64,000 nucleotides of DNA from Candidatus Micrarchaeota archaeon (lineage in GTDB: Archaea > Micrarchaeota > Micrarchaeia > Micrarchaeales > CABMGC01): positions 7,666 through 71,665 of the forward strand of contig JAJZJV010000002.1 in NCBI GenBank assembly GCA_021809925.1. Reading direction: 5' to 3'. Numbering within the stretch: the stretch's first letter is position 1; every line of letters starts with the position of its first letter. Shown here in pieces: positions 45,242 to 53,933 of this stretch. The notes under the pieces were generated by a model, which saw only the letters and a list, made by a program, of their open reading frames with translations, did no database searches and was not told the DNA's origin. A program made the position numbers and the translations under genes.

Positions 45242-45586
45242 CTAATTAGATTTGGCATTTGTTATGCCTTCGACTGTCTTCTCAAACTTCTCGATTGACT
45301 TTATCACTTCTTTCAGTTTGGGGTTAATGTTATAACCGAGATCGTAGCCTCTTTCAGTTCGCATATGGGTAGGCTGTAGAACATTTAGATTCATTGAAAG
45401 ATTTCTTAATGTTATTATTAGGGTCTTCCGTGTGAAACTCTTTCCAAGTACAGAATATAGTTCTCGTGTGGTCCTTGGAGACTTAAGCATTAATAATTTA
45501 AGAACTGCGTAATTGGGCTTGCTTAGAAGCTTCCTTATTACCCATATATCATCATCGCCCTCCCTTTGAATTGATGCTCTTGCCAT
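45242..45586 (-). CDS. Putative winged-helix DNA-binding protein
   Basis: YAVLKLLMLKSPRTTRELYSVLGKSFTRKTLIITLRNLS...RGYDLGYNI resembles an ArsR/MarR-like wHTH. This is a pattern-level call only. Confidence 0.45.
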   Translation of the reverse strand: MARASIQREGDDDIWVIRKLLSKPNYAVLKLLMLKSPRTTRELYSVLGKSFTRKTLIITLRNLSMNLNVLQPTHMRTERGYDLGYNINPKLKEVIKSIEKFEKTVEGITNAKSN

Positions 45587-45768
45587 TTTTATACCTTCTG
45601 AATTGACATTTATAATTAAACATCAAGTTTTATAAACATATACTTGTTGTAAACCGCATATCCAAAATATATTTGAATATATCTTGATTGTTGCTCCTTC
45701 TCGGCCTTTTTTTCTTTTATAAAAGTAAATGTTTATATATTATAATAAAGATATTGTATTTTGGTATT

Positions 45769-47091
45769 ATGCTTTCCATCAAGGATTCAGAGAGTATGCT
45801 GCTTATTGAGAGAAAGCATATCGTGGGGAAGCGCATTGCAGAAAGTGAATTTTCTGAAGTGGTCTTGCTAGGCAAGGAACAAGTATACCTTGTTGGGAAG
45901 TATCTCTCTTCAAGGGAGTTCTCCCTTCTCTCTTCAGCAATTGAGAGGATAAGGTTAGCTGGAGAAGGTACAGAAAGTGATGAGGCCGCATCCATTGCTC
46001 ATGAATATTTATCCAGAAATCTCGATACTGTGGCTGCAAGGCGTTTGGCAGGCTTTTCCGCAAAGCTCTCGGAGCGTGTGGGAGTTATGAAAGTGATATT
46101 CACGGATCCAGATGTTGAGAGGGTTTTGGTTCCGCAACATGGGGATACTTTGATTGTTATAACGAAAAGCTGCGGTGCGTGCTCCTCAAACATTAAGGTT
46201 GTTGAAAAGAACATTAAGAAGCTCTCGTTTGTTGTGCGGGAATGCAGGATGCATGATAAAATAGAATTTTTGGACAGCCCTAAGAAGATGGTGCTCAGAT
46301 CCATCCTTAGATCTTATGCCAATGATTTCTTTGAGGGGAGAACCGCAAACAGGAAGTTTATATGCCCTGAATTGATGGTGTATCTGCACATGGCGATGGA
46401 GACAGGAAATAATATTATTGTTGCTGGGGCTCATGAGAGGATAACACTTCTTAATCTGATGGCACACCTAGTTCCGCAGGATACAAAGACCCTGGTGTCA
46501 GGGATCTCTTTGGAGGATTCCAATAAGAGAAACAGAAAGTACATCCTTTGTGAAGATAAGCCAATAAACAGAGCGCGATCGCTCTGCATGCTTGCAGATT
46601 CTATTGCTCCAGACTTGCTTATTATTGAAGATGCAGGCAGGGAATTAGGAAAGCTCCTGAAAAGAATAGATTCTAGGATGAACATTATCGCTTCTATAGA
46701 GAACAACTCCCTTGATATACTTTGGATCCTGAGGTCTTTGAGATTCGGCCTTGCGCCAGCAATAATGGGCATTTTGGATATCCTTATATTTGTTGATGTA
46801 AATGGGAATTACACAGTTTCTGAGCTCAAATGGCTGAGTAGAGGGGAGACATTTGAGGGGAAGGGCTTTGGGGAAGACCTGCTGGAAGAAGCCACTCTCT
46901 TCTGCTCTTCAGTATTCATAGAGAAGAATCTGAGCACATCAAAGGTAATAATAGAGTATGCAAAGATAAATGGTCTCTCAACAAAGAGAGCAGTAGCTGC
47001 ATTTAATGATAGAGTGCATGCTTTGAGCGGGGGAGATATTTATAGTGAGCTTGAATCTGCAAGGTTATCTCCGAGTTTTGTTTATGCATAA
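45769..47091 (+). CDS. Degenerate FlaI/ArlI/VirB11-type secretion-ATPase homolog (predicted catalytically inactive)
   Basis: It is collinear with secretion ATPases. FTDPDVERVLV matches L.Dp.veEI.vN. NIIVAGAHERITLLNLMAHLVPQDTK sits where ilv.G.TGSGKTTlLnaL..fip would be. PDLLIIEDAGRE sits where PDyIivGEvRG.E would be. NIIASIENNSLDILWILRS sits where g.sTiHA.s....i.RL would be. The Walker A Lys/Thr, the Walker B/Asp-box Glu context and the His-box His are all replaced. Confidence 0.55.
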   Translation: MLSIKDSESMLLIERKHIVGKRIAESEFSEVVLLGKEQVYLVGKYLSSREFSLLSSAIERIRLAGEGTESDEAASIAHEYLSRNLDTVAARRLAGFSAKLSERVGVMKVIFTDPDVERVLVPQHGDTLIVITKSCGACSSNIKVVEKNIKKLSFVVRECRMHDKIEFLDSPKKMVLRSILRSYANDFFEGRTANRKFICPELMVYLHMAMETGNNIIVAGAHERITLLNLMAHLVPQDTKTLVSGISLEDSNKRNRKYILCEDKPINRARSLCMLADSIAPDLLIIEDAGRELGKLLKRIDSRMNIIASIENNSLDILWILRSLRFGLAPAIMGILDILIFVDVNGNYTVSELKWLSRGETFEGKGFGEDLLEEATLFCSSVFIEKNLSTSKVIIEYAKINGLSTKRAVAAFNDRVHALSGGDIYSELESARLSPSFVYA

Positions 47092-47127
47092 AAAGAAATA
47101 TGTTTGCGTTTATCTTACTCTGATGCA

Positions 47128-48042
47128 ATGACAAAACCAGAGTGGCTTACCATAAAGCCAGCATCAACTGAAAGATATGCTGAGATAAAGGAGAGTATAC
47201 GCTCTGAGGGGCTGCATACGGTTTGTGTTGAAGCGCATTGCCCAAATATAACAGAGTGTTGGAGTGGAGGCACAGCTACATTCATGGTTCTGGGAGATGT
47301 TTGCACAAGAGGATGCAGGTTCTGTGCGGTTGCGAAGAAGGCCTCAGGTAATGAGCCGGATAAGAATGAGCCAGAGAAGCTCGGAAGAATAATCAAGCTA
47401 TGGGGGCTCGATTATGTAGTGATAACATCAGTATGCAGGGATGACCTCAAAGATCATGGTGCAGAACACATCTCAAGATGCGTTGAGGAAATAAGAAAAG
47501 AGAATCCAGATACGATAATAGAAGTACTTTCACCAGATTTTAGGGGAGATTATGAGTGTATTGAGAGGCTTGTCAGCTCGAGGCCAGATGTTATAGGAAA
47601 TAACATAGAGACTGTCAAGAGGCTTAGCCCGTTTGTGAGGGACAGGCGCGCAGATTACATGCAGACTCTTGAGTTTCTTAAGGGAATAAAGAAGATTAAT
47701 CCTGAGATATACACAAAATCAGCGATAATGCTCGGCATGGGTGAGAGCCCGGGAGAGGTTATCGAAGCTTTTAATGATCTTAGGAATGCGGGGGTTGACT
47801 TTCTTGCTGTAGGGCAATATCTAAGGCCAAGCTTAACTCAGATAGAAGTTAAGGAGTATGTCAGCCCGGAGAGGTTTGCAGAATTGAAAAAGTTTGGGGA
47901 AGGCATAGGGTTTGAGTATGTTGCTTCTGGGCCGTTTGTGAGAAGCTCTTACAGGGCCGGTGAGTTCTTCGTCAAAAGAGCCTTAGATCAGAAAAGAGGA
48001 TCTGATCATAAAAGCTTTGACCTCGCTTCTCCCACAAGGTAG
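47128..48042 (+). CDS. lipA: Lipoyl synthase
   Basis: CVEAHCPNITECW (auxiliary cluster) and CTRGCRFCAV (radical-SAM CxxxCxxC). The ATG at 47128 is preferred over the TTG at 47104. Confidence 0.92.
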   Translation: MTKPEWLTIKPASTERYAEIKESIRSEGLHTVCVEAHCPNITECWSGGTATFMVLGDVCTRGCRFCAVAKKASGNEPDKNEPEKLGRIIKLWGLDYVVITSVCRDDLKDHGAEHISRCVEEIRKENPDTIIEVLSPDFRGDYECIERLVSSRPDVIGNNIETVKRLSPFVRDRRADYMQTLEFLKGIKKINPEIYTKSAIMLGMGESPGEVIEAFNDLRNAGVDFLAVGQYLRPSLTQIEVKEYVSPERFAELKKFGEGIGFEYVASGPFVRSSYRAGEFFVKRALDQKRGSDHKSFDLASPTR

Positions 48043-49325
48043 AGCGATCCTGTTATACATATAACATCATCAGTTGATGATTCGCTGAGAGCTTTCTTCC
48101 ACGCCTGCCCAAAATTATCGAATGGCTCAGAGCCGGCAGAGAGGGAAGAGAGATATGTTGGATTATAAGACATCCTTCTCCCAAAGTCTGTGTTTGACTC
48201 GAATGCGGTGAAGTAAAACTTTGAGGAGAGCATGGCAAGCTCCTTAATCATCTCGTTTACATTCTTGTCCTTCTTCGCAGCAAATATTACCCTGAGGCTG
48301 CGACCCCTAAGACGAGCCTTTAGGGTCTTTACAAGAGCTTCAATCTTCATTGGATTGTGCGCCCCGTCGAGTATCACTTCTGGATTTTTCATGATAATCT
48401 CGAACCTTCCAGGAATATTAAGATGTAGAAGGCCTTCGCGCACAGACTTTTCGGAAACCTTAAAACCGTGAGATTTTAACGCAAGAACCGCGCTTATTGC
48501 AAGTGCAGCATTGGCCACCTGATGCTCACCGAGAATGCTCATTGTCAAGTCAGTATACCGCTTATTCTCTGTTATGAGATCAAATCTGGTTCCTTCGTCG
48601 ATTGTTTTGATATGGCATAGTATATCCTTTCCTAATAACTTCAGATCTGCTCTTTCTTCTTTTGCCTTCTTTTCCAGTATCTTCACTACTGAAGGCTGCA
48701 ACGCCCCCGAGATTACAGATATTCCGGGTTTTATTATACCAGATTTATCAGTTGCAATCTCTTCTACAGTATCGCCAAGAATCTCTGTGTGATCAAGGCC
48801 TACGTTTGTTATTATTGCAACTTTAGGAAGGATTACGTTTGTACCATCGTATCTGCCCCCAAGGCCTACTTCTATTACACCTATCTCAACTCCAGCCTCC
48901 TTGAAGTGTTGGAAAGATAGGGCTAGGAGGGCTTCAAAGTAGGTAGGCAGCCCCCACTCACTTCCTCTGGAAAGGCATTCCGAGTATGCTGAAAGATTGT
49001 TTACGAGGCGTACAAAGGCAGGCTTAGACATGATGCGCATGTTGACCTGCGCCCGTTCGCGCATGTCTTCTAGATGCGGAGAGATGTGCAAGCCAACTTT
49101 GTATCCAGATCGCATAAGCATGCTTGCAATCATTGTAGAAGTTGAACCCTTTCCTGCAGTACCACCGATGTGGACAGTGGGGTATGCGTTCTGTGGATTT
49201 CCCATCAGCTGGAGGAGTGCACTCATTCTTCCAAGTTCCTCGCCTTCATTCCTCTTTTTATTGAATGGGAGAGATTCCAGATATGCTTTTGCCTCTGAAA
49301 ATGTTTTGATCTCCATGGAGCTCAC
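48006..49325 (-). CDS. folC: Folylpolyglutamate synthase / dihydrofolate synthase (Mur-ligase family)
   Basis: VHIGGTAGKGSTSTMIASML P-loop. It is 439 aa. Its 3' end overlaps the lipA 3' end by 37 nt, convergently. Confidence 0.88.
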   Translation of the reverse strand: MSSMEIKTFSEAKAYLESLPFNKKRNEGEELGRMSALLQLMGNPQNAYPTVHIGGTAGKGSTSTMIASMLMRSGYKVGLHISPHLEDMRERAQVNMRIMSKPAFVRLVNNLSAYSECLSRGSEWGLPTYFEALLALSFQHFKEAGVEIGVIEVGLGGRYDGTNVILPKVAIITNVGLDHTEILGDTVEEIATDKSGIIKPGISVISGALQPSVVKILEKKAKEERADLKLLGKDILCHIKTIDEGTRFDLITENKRYTDLTMSILGEHQVANAALAISAVLALKSHGFKVSEKSVREGLLHLNIPGRFEIIMKNPEVILDGAHNPMKIEALVKTLKARLRGRSLRVIFAAKKDKNVNEMIKELAMLSSKFYFTAFESNTDFGRRMSYNPTYLSSLSAGSEPFDNFGQAWKKALSESSTDDVICITGSLYLVGEARSKLL

Positions 49326-49414
49326 AAAAAGCTACTCATATTTATCAAGGAACAGTTGCCTGAACAAGTGTATTAAACTAAATAAATATTAATATCCATG
49401 CGCCAATCTCTACC

Positions 49415-49927
49415 ATGAAGACAATAATGTATCTTGCGATGACACTGAACGGGAAGATAGCGGATGGCAAGGGCTCAATAGGCTTCTTCTCAGATAACGA
49501 GTGGAATTTATTCCAAAAGGAGATGAGGAAGTGGGGAAATATCATGATGGGAAGAAGGGCTTTTGAGGTAAGTTTGAAGGCAGAGGTCTTTCCATATCAT
49601 GGCTTGAATATAGTAATGACTAAAGAGAAGATCAAAAATAGATGGGGCGAGAGTGTGATATTTTTTGGCGGGTCGCCGGCAGAAGCGCTAAGGCTCCTTG
49701 ACGATCGCGGATTTGAGATAGCATACATTGGTGGAGGAGGCATGTTGAATTACTCTTTTCTTAAAGAAGGGTTAATAGATGAGATAATGGTTGATGTAGA
49801 GCCTACAGTAATTGGAGTTGGGGTTGGGCTTCTTGCAGAGGAGGAGATAAGAAGCAAACTTAAGCTTATTGATGTAAAAAAGATATCAGAGGATGAGGTT
49901 CGGCTAAGATATTCTGTGATAAGGTAA
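49415..49927 (+). CDS. RibD C-terminal / dihydrofolate reductase-like reductase domain protein
   Basis: MYLAMTLNGKIADGKGS...MMGRRAFE...IGGGGMLNYSFLKEGLIDEIMVDVEPTVIG is the typical RibD_C/DHFR-like fold pattern. Whether the substrate is folate or a riboflavin intermediate is undecided. Confidence 0.7.
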   Translation: MKTIMYLAMTLNGKIADGKGSIGFFSDNEWNLFQKEMRKWGNIMMGRRAFEVSLKAEVFPYHGLNIVMTKEKIKNRWGESVIFFGGSPAEALRLLDDRGFEIAYIGGGGMLNYSFLKEGLIDEIMVDVEPTVIGVGVGLLAEEEIRSKLKLIDVKKISEDEVRLRYSVIR

Positions 49928-49931
49928 GATC

Positions 49932-50372
49932 ATGAAGAGAGTTATGGCATTCGGTTCTTTTGACATTTTGCACTTGGGGCATCTTCTCTATTTGAAAAAG
50001 GCCAGGATGCTTGGCGATTTTTTGATAGTGGTTGTTGCAAGGGATAAGAGCATTGAAGGTATGAAAGGAAAGGCACCGATCATGAATGAAAAGGCGAGGC
50101 TGGCTCTGGTCTCGTCATTGAGGCCCGTTGATCTGGCAGTGCTTGGAGAGAAGCTTCCTGGACAGGCATCGAGATATGAGATCTTGAGAAAGTATAAGCC
50201 AGACGTGATAGCTCTTGGCTACGACCAGAAGGTTGATATTGGCGAGCTGAAAAAATGGCTCTTTTCTAACGGAATCAAGGCAAGAGTTGTTAGGATACGT
50301 GGAAAAGCTGATGAAAAAGTATTCAAGAGTTCTCTGATTAAGCGAAAGCTTGCCATCTATCTAAAGAGATAG
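49932..50372 (+). CDS. ribL: Archaeal FAD synthetase (FMN adenylyltransferase), cytidylyltransferase fold
   Basis: VMAFGSFDILHLGHLLYLKKARMLGDFLIVVVARD (HxGH nucleotidyltransferase motif). It is 146 aa and collinear with RibL proteins. Confidence 0.8.
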   Translation: MKRVMAFGSFDILHLGHLLYLKKARMLGDFLIVVVARDKSIEGMKGKAPIMNEKARLALVSSLRPVDLAVLGEKLPGQASRYEILRKYKPDVIALGYDQKVDIGELKKWLFSNGIKARVVRIRGKADEKVFKSSLIKRKLAIYLKR

Positions 50373-50374
50373 CG

Positions 50375-51691
50375 TCAGACCATCTTCTTGTCTTTCGTCT
50401 CTTTTATGAAAGATATAAATATTATTGATAGGATGCAGATGCCAATCGAGACAAACACTATCTTGGGCCATGCTGCAGTCAGCGTTCCTGAGCTTATTAT
50501 GATTGCAGGCAGGACGAATGTTGTTAGCACGCCTGCAAGTACTCCGCCGGATTGATTTGATAGGCCGATTCCGGAGTACCTATACTTTGTAACAAATTGC
50601 TCGGCAAGAAGGATGGGAATAACTCCAGCAGCTATGAATATTGAGCCTATGAGAAGCAACTGCGCCAATATTATGAGAGCATAGCTCCCAGTATTGATAA
50701 GCATGAAATAAGGATACGTAAATACCATAGTCAATAGTGCAGATAAGTATAATGTCTTCTTTCTGCCGATCTTATCGCTGATAAGTGCGCCGCATATTGC
50801 AGTGAATATTGCGAATATTCCTCCAAGAATGACAGATACCGTTGCAAAAGCTATATCGCCATTAAGGATGATGTGAGATATGTATGTTTCTGAGAAAGGC
50901 ACTACTTCAAGGCTGATCACACTGGCAGCGAATTCTGGAGCTATTGCAAGCGTGAGTATGAGGCGCCAGTTAGATTTAATTATTGTTAGAGCGGGGGTCT
51001 TGTCGACCTTCTTGCTTCCCAGCTTCTTAAATAGAGGGCTCTCGCCAAGGAAGTACCTTATCGCCACACCTATAACTATCAGCACAGCGCCGAAGAAGAA
51101 AGGTATTCGCCATCCGTTGTTTATGAAAGCAACCTTCCCAGATGAGGAGGCAGCTATGAATAGAAAGAAGACTACTGCGCTGCTTATCACGAGGCCTATC
51201 GCAGTAGCTATCTGCACCCAACTAGTCCAGAAAGCCCGGTTCTTTGATTTTGAGACGAATTCGGAGGTCCATGCTATTGCTCCTCCATACTCGCCTCCGG
51301 CACCAATTCCGAAAAGAATCCTGAAAAATATAACTATTATTGGTGCTGCAATTCCTATTGCTGCGTATGATGGAACCAATGCAATACCGAGCGTGCTTAT
51401 CCCCATCGTGGAGAGCGTCCACATTAACATTTTCTTGCGACCAAGGCGGTCGCCTAGATGTCCGAAGATGAATGCGCCTATGGGCCTGAATAAGAGTGTA
51501 ACTGCAGCGCTTGATATAGATAGTGCAAGTCCCACATCAGCAGAGACTGATGGGAAAAAGACAGTTGGCCATGCAATTGAAGCTACAAGAAGGGCTATGA
51601 AATAATCATAATAGTCAATGGTTGTTCCTATCGCTGCAGCAAAAGTCACTTTGGGTATCTCCTTATTATAATCCTGCACACGGAAACTCAT
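50375..51691 (-). CDS. MFS transporter (metabolite:H+ symporter-like)
   Basis: FGHLGDRLGRKKML loop motif between TM2 and TM3, a second DKIGRKKT motif, and about 12 TM segments. The start is taken at MSFRVQDY (51691). Confidence 0.85.
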   Translation of the reverse strand: MSFRVQDYNKEIPKVTFAAAIGTTIDYYDYFIALLVASIAWPTVFFPSVSADVGLALSISSAAVTLLFRPIGAFIFGHLGDRLGRKKMLMWTLSTMGISTLGIALVPSYAAIGIAAPIIVIFFRILFGIGAGGEYGGAIAWTSEFVSKSKNRAFWTSWVQIATAIGLVISSAVVFFLFIAASSSGKVAFINNGWRIPFFFGAVLIVIGVAIRYFLGESPLFKKLGSKKVDKTPALTIIKSNWRLILTLAIAPEFAASVISLEVVPFSETYISHIILNGDIAFATVSVILGGIFAIFTAICGALISDKIGRKKTLYLSALLTMVFTYPYFMLINTGSYALIILAQLLLIGSIFIAAGVIPILLAEQFVTKYRYSGIGLSNQSGGVLAGVLTTFVLPAIIISSGTLTAAWPKIVFVSIGICILSIIFISFIKETKDKKMV

Positions 51692-51829
51692 TAAAATACA
51701 CCAACACAAGCATCTTAAGAAGACAATAAAAAGATTTAAACATTTGCCTGTTTTGTCGATTGCTTTGAAGAGATGTGGCATAGCATAGCAAGGTTATTAG
51801 AATCTTTTATCGATACTCTATAAAAAGAA

Positions 51830-52561
51830 ATGCTGCGGTGTTTGGGATTGGTATATGATTACAATTACCAGGACAGCAAGATCAGCACAGGGATAGTGGG
51901 TCTTGATGCTATACTATTTGGAGGAATCCCTAAGAATAATCAGGTCCTTCTTACCGGACCGGCGGGGACTGGAAAGACCTTGCTCTCATTCGAGATACTT
52001 TATAGGAATGCGAAAGAGAAGAGACCGTGCACATTCATAACGTTTGACGAGCATAGAGCCTCGCTGCTTGAGAATGTCAAGGGCGCTTTCTCGGATTTCG
52101 ATGACATAGAAGAGCTAATAGCAAAGAATATAATGACGGTGTCGGAGCACAGGCTTCTCGAGGCTTATGGAACAAGAGAGAACTTTGAGGCGTTCATATC
52201 TGGGCTAAACAAGACGATACGATTAAATAATTCCCAGATTGTTGTCATAGACTCAATATCACCAATAAGGCCATTGTTCGATGATGATAGAATAGTCACA
52301 AGGGCGATAAATTTTCTTGCAGAGAACTTCAAGAACCTTGGAGTCACCGCCTTCTTTACGCATGAAGTTTATAATGCAAGTAATATAATAGACGACCTTC
52401 TCGGAACATATATGTTTGACGGTCTCATAAAGCTTAACACGCTTGGAGAAGAAGGCAGCTTTCAGTTCCTTACAAGAGTTGTGAAGATGAGAGGCACGGA
52501 CCATAGCAATGTTTCCATGCCTTATGAAATTACGCCGAATGGCATAAATATCTTCAGATAG
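51830..52561 (+). CDS. KaiC/RecA-superfamily single-domain ATPase
   Basis: ISTGIVGLDAILFGGIPKNNQVLLTGPAGTGKTLLSFE (Walker A) and IVVIDSISP (Walker B). It is 243 aa. Confidence 0.8.
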   Translation: MLRCLGLVYDYNYQDSKISTGIVGLDAILFGGIPKNNQVLLTGPAGTGKTLLSFEILYRNAKEKRPCTFITFDEHRASLLENVKGAFSDFDDIEELIAKNIMTVSEHRLLEAYGTRENFEAFISGLNKTIRLNNSQIVVIDSISPIRPLFDDDRIVTRAINFLAENFKNLGVTAFFTHEVYNASNIIDDLLGTYMFDGLIKLNTLGEEGSFQFLTRVVKMRGTDHSNVSMPYEITPNGINIFR

Positions 52562-52577
52562 GCGTTAAGTGAGATTT

Positions 52578-53069
52578 ATGAAGAAGGAAAAGGATCAGTT
52601 CCTTAAGAAGATTGTAATCCCTGCATTCTTTACTGCGTTTGCCGCAGCGGTGCTGGTACTCGCACTTAAGTATTTTAATTTTAATATAAAGTATGGGATT
52701 GGTTCTTCGGGGATAATATTTGCTTCTTTTGGATCCAGTCTCTTCCTTCTATTTATGGCGCCGAAGTCAAAGACCGCATCTGTAAGAAAATTTGTCAAAA
52801 GCTATCTGATTGGCGGCGTGATAGGGGTTGCAGGAAGCACAATGCTTTCGTATCTTCCACTCTTCCTGGTTGCCTTCATAATAATATTTGTTGCGTCTAT
52901 TGTGCTCTTTGTTGCAGACAGCGTGCATCCCCCAGCAATAGCCATAGCCTTTGCATTCGTGCTGTTCAGGATAGATGTATATGGAATGGTGATAGTCGCT
53001 TCTACAGCTTTCCTGATAGTGCTTCTTAAGTTATTTTTTGACAGGTTTGTGTATCCTTTTGAGAAGTGA
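52578..53069 (+). CDS. HPP-family membrane protein
   Basis: Four or five TM helices and the eponymous motif DSVHPPAIAIAF. The ATG at 52578 is preferred over the GTG at 52569. Confidence 0.7.
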   Translation: MKKEKDQFLKKIVIPAFFTAFAAAVLVLALKYFNFNIKYGIGSSGIIFASFGSSLFLLFMAPKSKTASVRKFVKSYLIGGVIGVAGSTMLSYLPLFLVAFIIIFVASIVLFVADSVHPPAIAIAFAFVLFRIDVYGMVIVASTAFLIVLLKLFFDRFVYPFEK

Positions 53070-53144
53070 CATTCCCCATCCTTAAAGAGGATAAATATAA
53101 GTATAGTGGAAGATTTTTAAGGCCTTGCCAATAGGAACAACGCG

Positions 53145-53492
53145 TTGGACATGGCAATAGCAGTGATAATGGGTGTCGCACTTAACAGCGTTGTTAATGG
53201 CCTCGTTACTAACATAATCACTCCGCTTATGAGTATACCCGGACATATAGACTTCTCTAGCATGAAATTTGCCATTAACGGAAGTACCTTCACATATGGG
53301 GACTTCATCAACGCTGTGATAAACTTCATTGTAGTGTCTCTTGTTGTTTTCTTCGTTATAGTCAAGCCTGTGGCGAAGCTTCAGAAGAAGGCAGATGAAA
53401 AACCCGCTACAAAGTCCGGTCCTGAATGTTTCTCAGCAATACCTGTAAACGCAAGAAAGTGCGCCTGCTGCACATCTCTCCTTGAAAAATAG
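53145..53492 (+). CDS. mscL: Large-conductance mechanosensitive channel MscL, with a shortened N-terminus
   Basis: LDMAIAVIMGVALNSVVNGLVTNIITPLMS matches the MscL TM1 core (vDLAvgViiG.af..iv.slv.diimP). TM2 is NFIVVSLVVFFVIV. An in-frame TAA at 53118-53120 leaves no room for the usual N-terminal S1 helix. The start is the TTG at 53145 or the ATG at 53151. Confidence 0.8.
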   Translation: MDMAIAVIMGVALNSVVNGLVTNIITPLMSIPGHIDFSSMKFAINGSTFTYGDFINAVINFIVVSLVVFFVIVKPVAKLQKKADEKPATKSGPECFSAIPVNARKCACCTSLLEK

Positions 53493-53495
53493 GTG

Positions 53496-53601
53496 TGGAC
53501 TCTGCGGGATTCTCGAGCCTTTGCAGCAAAGCCACAAAGCTTATTCGAACCCGCGGCTTCCTGCATGCCATGCAGGCGCGCTACCACTGCGCCAAGAGCC
53601 C
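53496..53601 (-). tRNA. tRNA-Ala (anticodon GGC) with a 34-nt insertion (putative non-canonical intron) in the T-loop
   Basis: The minus strand reads GGGCUCU UG GCGC AGUGGUA GCGC G CCUGC AUGGCAU GCAGG AAGCC GCGGG UUCGAAU [AAGCUUUGUGGCUUUGCUGCAAAGGCUCGAGAAU] CCCGC AGAGUCC A. All four stems pair and the G3:U70 alanine identity pair is present. Without the bracketed 34 nt the molecule is a standard 72-nt tRNA. Confidence 0.8.
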
Positions 53602-53624
53602 ACGAGTAGATATCTGCAGATAAG

Positions 53625-53634
53625 AATTTATATT
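53625..53634 (-). promoter_or_regulatory. TATA box of the tRNA-Ala gene
   Basis: The minus strand reads AATATAAATT, centred about 29 nt upstream of tRNA position 1. Confidence 0.5.
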
Positions 53635-53657
53635 GTGCAGCAGAATGGCATCGGGGA

Positions 53658-53882
53658 TTATGCTGGCGAGATAAATAGTATATTGCCCCCTCTTAAAAGG
53701 ATGGTGCCTAATTTCGTCTTCAGATCTCCATCGTCAAGTTCCTCTGCGCTGTCAAGAACTATGTTCATGTGAGCATCGAAGGAAGTCACTTTTCCCCTTA
53801 TGTCAGTACCGTTTTTCAACCTGATCAGGACCTGTTGGCCTATTGCCTTGTTAAGTAAATCGAAAGGCCTCTCTTGTGTCAT
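53658..53882 (-). CDS. Sm-like archaeal protein (SmAP/LSm)
   Basis: Sm1 motif is LIRLKNGTDIRGKVTSFDAHMNIVLDSAEE. Sm2 motif is LGTILLRGGNILFISP. It is 74 aa. Confidence 0.92.
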   Translation of the reverse strand: MTQERPFDLLNKAIGQQVLIRLKNGTDIRGKVTSFDAHMNIVLDSAEELDDGDLKTKLGTILLRGGNILFISPA

Positions 53883-53933
53883 CTCTTCACCAATTAAACC
53901 TAAAAGTTAATATTTGAATAAGTCTTAAAACGT

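Noticed and set aside
50880-51605. 241-aa plus-strand ORF
   Set aside because: It is entirely antisense to the MFS transporter, which carries the GHLGDRLGRKKML signature. Its Pro/Arg/Ile-rich translation has no recognisable motif.
53381-53772. ORFs 53381-53587(-) and 53482-53772(+)
   Set aside because: They run across the tRNA-Ala gene, its promoter and the antisense of the Sm gene. They are artefacts of the GC-rich tRNA sequence.
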